Positions 52,201-64,000 of a stretch of DNA of 64,000 nt are shown here, one piece after another. Every line of letters starts with the position of its first letter. Positions within the stretch are counted from its first letter, which is position 1. The notes beneath the pieces are model-generated. The model saw only the letters and a program-made list of their open reading frames with translations, made no database searches and had not been told where the DNA came from. The DNA lies in NCBI GenBank assembly GCA_043228905.1, contig JBHGNT010000017.1, positions 8,556,001-8,620,000 on the forward strand, given 5' to 3'. This DNA is from Azolla caroliniana (Eukaryota > Plantae > Polypodiophyta). The position numbers were made by a program, and so were the translations under genes.

Positions 52201-55200
52201 CAACACATTGTCGACGTGTTCATTCTAGATGAAATGCGGGGGGCTGAATCATATAGATTTGTTCCTCAAGATCACCTTGCCGGAACACATTTTTCACATC
52301 TGATGTAGATGCCACCCCTTCGTCGCTGTCACCGCAAGCAAGACACGGACAATCGTCATCTTCGCGACTGGTGCAAAAGTCTCGTCATAATCGATTCCAT
52401 GTTGTTGCGCATAGCCTTTGGCCACCAGTCGGGCCTTGTACCAATTGACAGAGCCATCGGCATTTTATTTGACTTTATATAGCCACCGACAATAGATCGG
52501 CTTAACTCCTTTCGGTATGTCCACTAAGTCCCACGTCTCATTTTCCATGAACGTGTGCATCTCTTCCTCCATGACCTTCTGCTTGTTCGGATCCTTAGCC
52601 ACTTCTGCGTAGCTCTCCGGCTCACACACAACTGTCACCTTTGCCATGTATGCATAATGATTCGCCATATACTCATTGTACCTATAACGAATTATAGGGT
52701 GCTTCTGACAGGTGGATCGGCGCAATCCCTGATTCGTCGATTTCTTGGTCCTCTCAGCCGATTTCGACCTCATTTTTCGAGGTTCCTTTTTGTTCCTTCT
52801 AGAATGGGATCCACTCTGATCCGACTCATCTCTGTCGGTATAGTATTTCAGCATCTTTTTCTTCCCCTTCTATTTGCACATGAACCGTCTCCTCGGTTCC
52901 TTATGCGGGGAGAGCACGGCCGAGTCTTCACTACTCGTCAGCTTGTCATCCAGTTAACCAATTCGGCTCAACTAGTCCAGATTTGGACCACTCATCCGAA
53001 GAGAAGTCGGACTATCCAACTATTCAAATTCCACTATGCTTCCCTCTGTTCCGGAATTCGTTGCTTCGTCCGCAACAATCGGCTCGGATTCAAGGGATGA
53101 GAAATACCAGGATGCCGATTCGTCAAAACGACATCGCGGCTAACTCGGACTTGCTTCCACCGGGGGTTATAGCACTTGTACCCCTTCTTCTCATCGGAGT
53201 AGCCAACTACGATGCACTTTTCGAATTTTTCATCTAGTTTCTTCCGCTTCTCATCTGCCACATGCACATAGGCAATGTTGCCGAATACCTGAAGGTGCGC
53301 TAAATTCGGCTTTCGCTCGAAGTATAGTTTGTGCAGCAACACCTTTGTCCCTGAGGCAGATATCCGATTCTGTATGTATACGATTGTCCGAATTGCTTCG
53401 GCCCAATAAATCTGGGACATGCACTTCTCTTCTAGCATCGTCCTTGTCACTTCTACCAACGTCTGATTCCGACGTTAGACCACACCATTCTACTCCAGCG
53501 TGTACCTGCAAAAGAACTCTCGATGAATTCCATTGGTCTGCAGATAACTAGTGAACTAGTCGGAAAAGTTCTCTTTTCCGCCATCCGATCTCAAACACTT
53601 GATCTTCCTTCTGGTTTCTCACTCTACATGATTCTTTAGGTCTCGAAAGCACGAGAAGAGTTCGCTCTTCATCTCGATCAAATAGATCCAAGTGTGTCGA
53701 CTGAAATCGTCGATGAAGGAGATGAAATACCGACTCCCCCCAATGCTCACGTTTTGTGTTGGTCCCCACACATCCAAATGGATGAGATCGAGCCGATTCC
53801 GGCTCCGGCTCCGATTATTCTCATTTGGGAACAAATGCCTATGTTGCTTCCCGAGCTGGCAAGCTTCACATATTTGGCCTGTCCGGCCATTGAACTTCAG
53901 AAGTCCGGAAACCACATGTTTCGACTACATCTCTTGAAGCTTCCGAAAGTTAATGTGGCTAATCCGTTTATGCCAGAGGTCGATGTCTGACTGGACCTTC
54001 TGCCCTTTCGCGAACATAGCAGTGCCTACATCATTGGTTTCAAGGATGAACATTCTTCCATCCCGGTGCCCATGTGCAATGATCTGGCCTTCCTCCTCGA
54101 TGAATCATTTGTGGTGAGTGAACCAGACAGGCATTCCTTGATCCACGATCTAACCGATCGACACCAAATTCTTGGTGATCGTCGGTACATGCAGAACGTT
54201 CCTCATGACCCCTTTCTGGCCAACATGGCTCAAGAGGACATCTCTGATGTGCTCAATGGGATGTGGGGTGTCGTCTCCGATTTCAACTACCCCCGGCTTC
54301 TCCAGCTTCTCGAGAAAAGAGAACCACTCTTTGTGGTTCTCCATGTGGTTTGAAGCTCCAGAGTCTACATACCAAACTTCTTCTGACTTTGAGTTAGAGA
54401 TACTCCCATCCGGTTGGCCTTGTGTTTCATTACGAGGATCGATCTTGACCCAGCTCTCTCTGAGCTTCTGCCGAAGTGCGATCAGTGATGCTTGTCTACG
54501 TCTTTCCGGCTCGATCCGGCTTTATCCGTATTCGCTCTTTTCTTCCAACACTCACTTTCTTTGTGGCCCTTCCGGCCACAATACTAGCATTCTGTGTCAG
54601 CCTTTCCTTGCCGACTTCTAGTGCCGCTTGGACTCCCCCTATTTCCGAAGGGTCCGGAATTGCTGTCTGCACTATCTTTGTGCCTCTGATTCTACTCTTG
54701 TCGGTTGCCTACATTGCGCGTTGATCCGCCACAACCATGAGGCCTCTCCACCTCCGCATACAACATTTTGTTGTCAGTGTGCGTACTTGTCGACACACCC
54801 GCGTGGTTCTCCTCTACAAGGAGCATCGATTGTAAGTCGAAAAACGAGGGTGTATTCTCCTTTGTATAGACCGTCGTTCAGAATGCTCTGAACTTCGATG
54901 TTGGGCCCCCGAGACAAACTTGCACCATCTCATCTTCCTCGACAGTCACGTTGATGGAGGCAAGTGAGTCGTAGATGTCTTTGATCCGGGCCATGTAGTC
55001 AACCATCGACATGTCCTTTTCTCGAACATTGCTCAACTCTTGTCGAAGTTGCAACTTTCGGGCCATGGTGCTTGCTACAAAGACCTTCTTCAAGTTTCCC
55101 CAAGTTTCCTTTGGCATCTTGGCGTCCCGGATATGGCTGAGCACCTGATCACCGACACTGGATGTGAAGCAATACATTACCATGCTTGTTGCTTGTTCCC

Positions 55201-55909
55201 AAGCCGGAAAGTCCTTGTGTGTCGCATCAGGTGTTGTATCGTTAGCTCCGTCAACATAACTCCAATAGCCATGCCCGAGCTGGTAATGGTGCATCTTGTA
55301 CGACCAAGATGCATAGTTGGATATGTTGATTCCTCGGTTCATTCTCTTCATTCTTTTCTGTTTCTTTTATCGAAAATTAGGTTTTCGTCTACCTAGCGGT
55401 TTCTGTCCGCAACAGAGGATTTCTAACCCTCGTACTCTAATTACGTGTCGAAGCATAAACAAACCAGCTCAGCCTGATATCAACAGAAAACAGAGACAAG
55501 GTTTAATGGAATCTTGAATCACACAGAGAGTACACAGGAGAGAGAGAGAGGGGGGGGGGAGGAGGGGAGAGAGAGGGAGAGAGAGAGAGAATTCAAAATA
55601 ATAACGCTTTGTGTACATAGAATGTGCTCAGAGAGCACTTTTATACAAGTCCTTACACGAACTGACACAAGTACCATAAGTAGTTGGATGCTCATAAATG
55701 TGTCTCTACACTCACTCCAAGAAATATGCCTATGTACTAGACTTAGACCGTAGACCTCTAATGGCCTACCGGTTCACACTATTCCGAAGTACGATCCGGT
55801 CCGGTTCCAAGTTCCGAACACTGATCCAGTTCTTCGTTCTAGTTACTGATCCGGCTCTGGCTTACTCAACCGATCCGGAGCCAGTTGAGCTTTACCGCTC
55901 AAGCGAACA
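52201..55909 (-). mobile_element. Older Ty1/copia element, related to 39726-46972, truncated in RT by the gypsy; 5' LTR ~55446-55909
   Basis: Homologous gag (NYASWSYKMH), integrase (HLDVWGP) and RT start; decayed iMet PBS; LTR resembles 46553-46972. Confidence 0.85.
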
Positions 55910-56329
55910 AAAACTATATTGCGGATGTTGAATACAAAATTATCGTTACCTATTACAAGTTTTCCATGCCCTTTATATACAGGGTCATGGGTGGTTACAC
56001 TTGGCCCGTGAACTGTTACTTTTCTTAAAATATTAATTACGCTTCGGTTGTCCCTACGCTACGGCCCCACCCATCTTCTTCGCTTGTCGTAGTCGTCCCT
56101 TTGTCTTTTCTCTTTCTCAACCTTTCCCACTTGGTCATCCAAGGCGGCCAACATGCGACAACACGCTTCCAATGAACTCCACCAGAACTTTGAGCATGCA
56201 CGGAATCAGAATTTGTGGTACAGTTCATTGTGGACGAGATGGCCATATACGACTCGATGCGCGAAGAACGGATGGAGAAGTTGAATGATTCATATGTAAG
56301 TACACATATTGAAAGATTGATTAGAATGT

Positions 56330-57742
56330 GGCCGATAAAATTTCTTGTATTTGTAATATGGGTGGACATGACTTTGGTAGTTTAAGAAAGTTGGTTGCCC
56401 AACGAATGATAGTGGAACGACAACCGATTGTGTATAGAACCAAATGGAGGATGAGGCACCCACCAATTAGACCCAAATGGGGTAAATGCCAAGTCAAACT
56501 GATGGACGTGGAGCTGAAGGAATTTGAGGAGATTACATCTAGTCTAAGGAAAGTGCACCTAATGTGGGAATTGTCCACATCGAGTTTGGTAAAGCCACAC
56601 GAGGATGGGACATGACAACCACTAAATCGTTTTGCTAAGTATTGTCTATGTGTTTTGTCTTCTTGCTACCAATGACACTCCTCCCAATGTAAAAAACCCT
56701 TTTCAAAATAGGTTCAAACTAGCATGTTGCATACTTGAGCTCTCGGCTTTATGTGGCTAAAACTGATTTGAGAACGTTGTGCATAGAGGGATAAATGGCA
56801 TCCACATGAACCATGGGTCTATTCACAATGTGGATGGAGTATACGATGCTCCAAGATGTGTTTGAGTGGTTCCACATTGTAGATCCACTTTGGGTGCAAC
56901 TTCACACACAAAGTTGTAAGGTGGAGGACATCCTAGGACGGGTGCCTGAATGCGATTTCATCTTCATACCCACATTGCACTCATGGCATTGGGTGTTGTG
57001 GACAAAGATGCGACACAGTCCACAGGATGTCGATGCTGCAAAGGTGACAAGCCAGGTAATCTATTGTGATCCACTTAATAATGATGCAACATGCAGCCAT
57101 ACAAACCATATGTAGCGGCAATGACGACCATTGCATTGTAAGGGAGGGTGAACATCACCAAGTGCACATCCCAACCAAGCCCATGGGTGGGAATGCGTCT
57201 ATTACATGATGCAAACCATTCATATTGTAATGGATTTCATTCAAGGCTTCACATCTTCCGATTTTGTAAGTATGACCCAATTGTGGATTGCATGGAACTT
57301 TTATAAGTAGTGGGTGGGTTCTTATAATCACACCTTTTTTACAAGGTATAGAGAGGTGGTTCGGACACGAGCATGTACAAATCTCCCTCAGACAAACATG
57401 GTGAAATGGGATCGAAGGATTTTGGGATTTCCAATTTCATAGCCATGGCAAGTTTTGTATGGTGTTTGAAAATAGAGTAGGTTGTCTGAAAATTATTAGT
57501 AAGGTGTTTGAAAATAGAGCAGGGTGTCGGACAATTATCAACAAGGTGTCTGAAAATAGAGCAAGGTGTTTGAAAATCATCATCAAGGTGTCTGAAAATA
57601 GAGCAGGGTGTCGATCGGGTGTATGGTGACAACTTTTTCATTGGCACACTTTTTTTTATCCACGTCAAACGGTGCAAATCGCAAGCGCCCTCAGCAAAGT
57701 GCCCTGCCAATTCCCTCGCCAACCGTCTTTATTATTTGATAG
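56330..57742 (+). mobile_element. Truncated TIR DNA transposon with a Ulp1/C48 peptidase remnant; right TIR ~57645-57742
   Basis: FIFIPTLHSWHWVL...YCDPL; TIR-like end aattccctcgccaa...tttgatag; ~39-bp subterminal repeats 57470-57620. Confidence 0.55.
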
Positions 57743-57811
57743 CAGTTAGACTTGAGCCTACTCTTCTTAGGGCCGCCCATGCCCATGCCCATGGATGCTC
57801 GTGTCTATCCG

Positions 57812-60510
57812 CTACCAAATCATAAATAGGCTTGACGAGGGAATTGTGGCAACAAACGGTGCAAGTCGCTTAGCTGAGGGCGCGTGTGATCTGCACCGTA
57901 AAATTTGAATAAAAAAGAACGCGCAAAAAAAAGTTGTCAAAGGTCGTCCAACCACATATGGTCACTCAACTCTGACCGTTGCAGGTCGGCCAATTGTTCA
58001 AAAAACTTAGTCTTAACAACAAAAAATCATCTTAAAACATAAAACTTAACACTTCACCTAACAACAAAAAATGAACTTTAAACGTAAAACTTAAAACTTA
58101 AAACCTAAAACATAAATCGGGATTGAGTGCTATTAGATTATGAGTCCCTGATTAAAACGAGGGTTTAGGGTTTATAATGATTAAAATAAGGGGCATTGAT
58201 TAACACTCTATGAAGATTTGAGATTAATTCCCTACACTCAAATACACATTAATATGATCGTTATTTTTGTTGTTTAATCATTTCAGGTTGTTGGCGGTTG
58301 GCGGTTGAGTGACCTAATTAAAATAGGTTGGGTGACTCAGTAATAGGTCGGACAACCTGATTAAAATAGGTTGGGCGACCTAATTAATAGGTTGGGAGAC
58401 ATGATTATAGGTTGGGCCAAGTGATTAATAAGGCGATCTGATAATTGGTTGGCCGACCTGATTAATATGTTGGGTGGTCTGATTAATAGGTTGAACACAA
58501 TTGTAATGGACTTGAGATCAAAAACTCAAGATTGACAACAACATTCTTTGAATCGTTCACTTGAGATCCAACAAGAACTTCAAATAAACTATTTTCATTT
58601 TCTGAATCATGGACACATCGGATCAAGAACTTGAAATAAACTTGACATCAAAAACTTGAGATCCAACCACAACTGAGTACTACTTGACATCAAAAACTTG
58701 AGATAAACAACAACATTTTCTGAATCAATCATTTTTTGAACCAACACTTGAATTAAAAATGGGTAGATGTTCCATTAAGAAGGTTATTCGATATACAATG
58801 TGTGACATTTTCACCATATAGAAATCCTCCATATACAAATATAATGTCATATTTACAAAATCCGCCCACCTTGTGCAGTTGGAAATCCCAATACCCTTTG
58901 TGCGCACCCTATGACCTGAATCCGAAGGAAATACATGTCATATTTGGTGAACCACATCTCTATGCCCATTCACCAAATACATATAAGAATAAAATTTACA
59001 AAATCCACATGAGACATCCATTTGCAATCACACTTACAAAATCCGGAGATAAACTCCTCGACCAACATCATCACGTAAAAGCCACAATCCCAACCATTTG
59101 GCTGAGTTGCGATGTGCATTACATGATGTCGACCCTCCAACACGATCTCATGGTCTTCCGATGCACTAGATATTTTTCGAATCGCAATATCTACAAGACT
59201 ACACAAGGTGCCAGTCACTTCGTTGTTTAGTGGATCGTTGAAGACTACTACATTGGTTAGCTTAGAAACTATGTGCCACAACTTTGTCCTCGACACCCAA
59301 TGGCCCGATACCATGATCGGAATGAAGATGAAATCACGCTCGACTACGTGTCTGAGGATGTCTTGCACCTTCGTCGTTTGTGCGTGTAGCTGCACCCAAA
59401 GTGGGTCGACTATGGTGAACCATTGTGACACCTCATGGGGCAACTAGTACTCCATCCACATGGTGAATAATGTCACAGTCCATGTGGATGCCATTTCTCC
59501 ATCCTTGCACATCGTTTGCAGATCTGACTCCGCAACGTCAACAACGAGATCGAGTCTTTGGCATGCAAGTTGGTACCTGTTTCAAAGAAACATGCATGCA
59601 ATTTGACTCGAGTTTGGAACCTCACAATCTGGTGTTGAGAGTATGCATTAGATTTGTCAGACCATATTACAAGAAGATCGAGATTATACAATGAGCTACA
59701 TCCGCATACCATTTGGAGGAACATCTTCCTCAAATGATGTTATGCCCTGTATGGGGTCAATCTGAGGAGGAGAAACCACCATTGCCTGGTCCAACCTCTC
59801 TCCACCCCCAAACATGTCAAATGTACAACTTCTCCAAAGTCTTCTAATGAAAACCCTGTAAACAAATAATCGGTAACCATATATGCATCACTAATCATTA
59901 CCATTAGCAATAAAAAAATTATCCGTGACATACCTCCCTTCACTTGGATATATGTCACTGTTATCGCAATCAAACCACTCTTTGTACTTGGACCTGGTAA
60001 CTATCTACACGATCAAGCAAAAGCTAAACCCTAAATCAAGCAAAAGAAATAATAAAAAATCAACCAAAACCCTAAGCCCTAAATCAAACATTTTTTGAAA
60101 TCAAAAGTAGAAACAAGTAAAATACATACTTGGGAATTAAGTAGGTGGCGATGTCAAATGTGGCGAATGCATGTAGTCGACGACTGTTTGGTTGAAAACC
60201 TTTTTCCAGGCAAAAAACCCTGACGATCATTTAAAAATGTGAGAAAATGATAGGTTTCAAGATTTTATACCTTAGGTTGGCGACCACTTAGGCATGTTGG
60301 GCGACCACATTAGGTAGTTGGGAGATTGAATAGTGGTTGGGCGATTCGAAGTGTCAGAGTTGGGCGACCTCTGATACCTTTTTTTCACGCGTTTAAAAAG
60401 AATTCTAAATCGGACAGTACAGATCGCACGCGCTCTCAGATGTGCGACACGACATGCACCGTCCGTGACCGCGATTCCCTCGCCAAGAAGGCCTATTTAT
60501 GATTTGGTAG
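57812..60510 (-). mobile_element. Non-autonomous TIR DNA transposon (MULE/Kaonashi-like) carrying a Ulp1-like gene
   Basis: ~120-bp imperfect TIRs: CTACCAAATCATAAATAGG at 57812 and CCTATTTATGATTTGGTAG ending 60510; ggttgggcgacc subterminal repeats. Confidence 0.72.
58970..59443 (-). pseudogene. Ulp1-like SUMO protease (peptidase C48) catalytic domain
   Basis: FIPIMVSGHW...FNDPL...QPNGWDCGFYVM retains H, D, Q and C; an in-frame TAG lies just upstream. Confidence 0.75.
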
Positions 60511-60695
60511 GATGTGGAGATAGAGAGGTCGCCCATGGATGGATGGATCATGATGGATGTGTATGGAGCATTCATGCATGCATGCATGCATGCATGGACC
60601 ATCCATCCATCCTGATGGATTCCTTCCTCCTTTTGTTCTTCGTTCTTCGTTTGGACGCATCTGTCTCTCTGTCTTGTGTGTGTGTCCTGCTACCC

Positions 60696-60696
<1 letters not shown>

Positions 60697-60737
<41 letters not shown>
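60697..60737. repeat. (CAT)n microsatellite
   Basis: ~13 CAT units. Confidence 0.9.
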
Positions 60738-60740
<3 letters not shown>

Positions 60741-60746
60741 GCGAGA

Positions 60747-62645
60747 ATGCATCATCATCCGTGTCGGGGAGACGGCCTGCGGGAGTGCGAGCAGGCATTC
60801 CAGGCTCTAGTTGTGATGCATGAGAAAGGCCTGCCCCTCTCCGCTCAGCTCTTCACCTCTCTCTTGCGCAAATGCACCTGCAAAGAGTACCTGAGCCTGG
60901 GCAGAAGAGTCCAGGAGCTGCTGCTTACTATGCGGGAGGGAAGGGGGAGCCCCACCTTCTACAACTTCATCGCGAACCATCTCATCCGCATGTTTGCATT
61001 GTGTGGCAGCTTGGCCGATGCAAACCAAGTTTTCGCATCCTTGCGCACCCCCAATGCGCATGCTTGGTCTGCTCTCATCTTCGCACACACCAAGCTGGGG
61101 CAAGACGACCATGCCATTCATCTCTTCTGCACCATGGTCTTGCACTCCAATGTATGTCCCGATGCTCCCGTGTTTGTTGCTGTTCTGAAAGCATGCTCCA
61201 ATGCACAACATTTCATCCACGGAAAGATCATCCACTCCGAGGTGGCTGCCCAAGCCTTGGAATCAAACCCACACGTTGGAAGCTCTCTGGTTGCCATCTA
61301 TGCCAAATATGGAAGCCTCAAAGATGCATGCAATGTGTTCGACTCATTGCCAGCACAAAGTACCGTGACTTGGGGTGCATTAATATCTGGTTACGTCCTC
61401 CATCATCATGGCCGTGAGGCGCTCCACGCTTTCCGACAGATGTTAGGTCACGGCATCCCCCCTGATATCATTACTCTTGTCAACATGTTGAAAGCAAGTG
61501 TTGATATCAAAGATGCAAAGCAAAGCAAGGTCTTCCATTCTTATATTAATGAGTGGAGTTTTGACTCAAACCTTATGGTTGCTAATGCCCTTGTTGACAT
61601 GTATTCAAGTTATGGCAGTATTAAAAGTGCGCGGAAAATATTCGATACGATGTTAAAACACGACGTCGTGACATGGGCTTCAATGATTGGGGGTTATACC
61701 CAACAGGGACTTGGTGAGGAAGCCCTCCTACTTTATCAACAAATGCAGCACGAGGGCACAGAGCCCAATTCGGTGACATTTGTATTCCTTATCAATGTGT
61801 GTTCAAACTTATCCCTCATGCCTTCTGGCAAGTTGATTCATAATCACATTGTGCAAAGGGATTGTGAGGAAAGTGAACATGTTGGAAATGCTCTTGTTGA
61901 GATGTATTCAAAATGTGGAAGCATTGAAGACGCATATCACGTGTTCCATGTGCTACCAAAGAGAGACCTAGTTGCTTGGAATTCCATGATAGCAGGATTT
62001 GCCAAATATGGTGACTATAAACATGCAAAACTGTCCTATGAACAAATGACAGAGAAAGGATTGAGACCCAACATTATAACCTTTATTTCTCTTCTCAGTG
62101 CATGTGGACTGCAGGGCCTTGTTCAGGAAGGCTGTGCCACCTTTAACTTATTGATGGAGCATTCCCATATTATTCCCGAAAGTGATGTTTATAGTTGCAT
62201 GGTCAATATTTTGGGCCGTGCAGGATTCCTTCTTGAAGCTGAAGATTTAGTTCAGACAATGCCATACCAACCTAACATGATAACATGGATGTGCTTGTTG
62301 GGACAGTGTAGAATGCATGGCAATGTGGAGATGGGAGGTGAAAGCTTTGAGCATGTCGTTGTCAATGCTGACGGCGATTACAGACATGCATCTGGCTATG
62401 CACTCATGGTGGACATGTATGCGAGGGCAGGAATGCAACAAGATCAAGAGGGGATGCAACACCTCAGGATTTCTGCCAATGCATGGAAGAGGCCAGCTGG
62501 AGCTCGCATCGTGCTTGCAGGAGATGCACATGACTTTATTGTAGGAGATGAGGCACATCCACAACGTACTAAGATCTATGCAGAGCTCAAGAGGCTTCAG
62601 GTTCGTGTGAGAAAGAGTGGGTATGTATGCATGTATGTACCCTGA
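60747..62645 (+). CDS. PLS-class PPR protein with E/E+ domains (organellar RNA editing factor family); start codon uncertain
   Basis: Intronless; NALVDMYSSYG, TWASMIGGY, AWNSMIAGFA, CMVNILGRAG; E+ WKRPAG...HDFIVGDEAHP...GYV. Confidence 0.9.
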   Translation: MHHHPCRGDGLRECEQAFQALVVMHEKGLPLSAQLFTSLLRKCTCKEYLSLGRRVQELLLTMREGRGSPTFYNFIANHLIRMFALCGSLADANQVFASLRTPNAHAWSALIFAHTKLGQDDHAIHLFCTMVLHSNVCPDAPVFVAVLKACSNAQHFIHGKIIHSEVAAQALESNPHVGSSLVAIYAKYGSLKDACNVFDSLPAQSTVTWGALISGYVLHHHGREALHAFRQMLGHGIPPDIITLVNMLKASVDIKDAKQSKVFHSYINEWSFDSNLMVANALVDMYSSYGSIKSARKIFDTMLKHDVVTWASMIGGYTQQGLGEEALLLYQQMQHEGTEPNSVTFVFLINVCSNLSLMPSGKLIHNHIVQRDCEESEHVGNALVEMYSKCGSIEDAYHVFHVLPKRDLVAWNSMIAGFAKYGDYKHAKLSYEQMTEKGLRPNIITFISLLSACGLQGLVQEGCATFNLLMEHSHIIPESDVYSCMVNILGRAGFLLEAEDLVQTMPYQPNMITWMCLLGQCRMHGNVEMGGESFEHVVVNADGDYRHASGYALMVDMYARAGMQQDQEGMQHLRISANAWKRPAGARIVLAGDAHDFIVGDEAHPQRTKIYAELKRLQVRVRKSGYVCMYVP

Positions 62646-64000
62646 ATGATATACGTGCATATAGTATTCACACTGATAGTATCATCCAGAACAAACAAGC
62701 AAACATCACTGTGAAGACCAGAGAAATGTGTCATGACTGCTGATTGTCAAAGAGTGTTCCATTTATTCATGATCACAATCAGGTCAAGTTGGAATTAAGC
62801 TGCCAAACATGCATAACATATCTATCCTTGTTAGGTGATATGATGGGATACAGTTAGGAACCATATGTAAAAGAATTTGATCTTTTCCAAATGCTGACTT
62901 TGTGGTGCTTGCATTTTGAAAGCTCGTGGAAAGGCAAAAGTTGTTTCAATGCCGGAGCAGACACATGTGCTGATTGATAAGCAAGGGTATTAAAAAAATA
63001 TATGATGCTGGCCCAAATTCTGATGGGTTTGAGTGAGATCGTTTGAATACTTCTTCCTAATGTGGAATTTTTGATACCTCATCCATTTGATAGTCCAATA
63101 TTTTGATAGCCTGAGTTTTTCAGGTTTTCACTGTCAAGCCTCAACAAACAGCAAGTGAAATGCCGATATTTTCTGGTTCCTACCAAAGAGGAGTTTGAGA
63201 GAGAAAATATTGGAGCAGGAAAAGCAAATGGAAGGGAAAAATCATGTGACGAAACTGTAGAATACGAGTTTTGATTCTAAAATACGAGATGAAAGTTTGG
63301 GAGTCCTGGTTAGTTTTCTTTGGCGAAGGAGTCTGGGAGAGGACATGCAAGGATGGCGTGCATCAGCAGTGTACATGTATTGACAGAAAAGTTGAAAGAA
63401 CTTTGTCTTTCTATATGTAAAAAGATAGAGGAGACAAGGACAAGGCCAGCAAGAGTATTAGGAGAACACATAGCTCTCTTCACTTTATGGCTATAAAGAA
63501 TTCCATGGGTTGGGAAACAATTGAAAGATGGCCCCATTGAATGGAACAGAGAGGGGGGGTGTGGTAGCTGGTACCTATTAAAATTATAGGATGCTAGTAG
63601 AGCTGCTATGTTGATATTGACAGAGACCAAATAGATGGTGATAATAAACTTGCAAAAAAATGACACACTTGGAACTTCAAGTTGGAAGCATTATTCAGCT
63701 TTACACTCCTTGGTAATTATCCTGTTTTAGATTTGTATTCCAGTCTCTCCAGCTTGTTTTTCTGTCTCATATGAACAGGAGCAGTGTGAACTGCTGCATT
63801 TATCATATAAGTGATCCCCAAGGTTGGTAAAATTTCCAATGTGTTTATTTTATTTTTGTCCGTATGCACGCATACTGTAATTTAATGCACAGGACTGCAC
63901 AGCTTTTTATTCAATCGTATGAATTAGCTTCTCCAACAAAGGGATCATGGCACAGCTTGTCTGAATACTTGGTCAGAAATGTTTCCGTTAAAAAATTGAT

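Noticed and set aside
60025-60085. Telomere-like taaaccct motifs
   Set aside because: Isolated telo-box-like copies, not an array
60465-60746. N-terminal extension with poly-His in the called PPR ORF
   Set aside because: Begins at a GTG inside the TIR and runs through microsatellites; probably UTR, though an upstream ATG cannot be excluded
63310-63666. 118-aa minus-strand ORF
   Set aside because: No recognisable motif or supporting structure

Overview
Repeat-rich plant nuclear DNA, probably a fern or other seed-free plant (inferred from the PLS-class PPR gene, RTEX-like LINE and fungal-like Ty3/gypsy). Left to right: (1) a spliced minus-strand coiled-coil + RING-H2 gene beside a ~50-bp minisatellite. 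(2) A ~9.4-kb tandem array of tRNA-Gly(TCC)-derived units (6495-8727, 28010-35171), alternating near-intact and degenerate copies. (3) The array is split by a 19.3-kb Athila-like Ty3/gypsy element with a perfect CCATC target duplication but no 3' LTR, a second aspartic protease after integrase, and a ~950-codon extra ORF. (4) Nested in it is a young GC-rich gypsy primed by tRNA-Trp, with a 4-bp TSD and a GGATTTT-TAG frameshift site. (5) A four-level nest (copia > gypsy > copia > RTEX-like LINE, plus a solo LTR and another copia) whose left side is deleted. (6) Two sibling TIR transposons carrying Ulp1/C48 protease remnants. (7) An intronless PLS-E+ PPR gene. All coordinates were read by eye; no searches were run.
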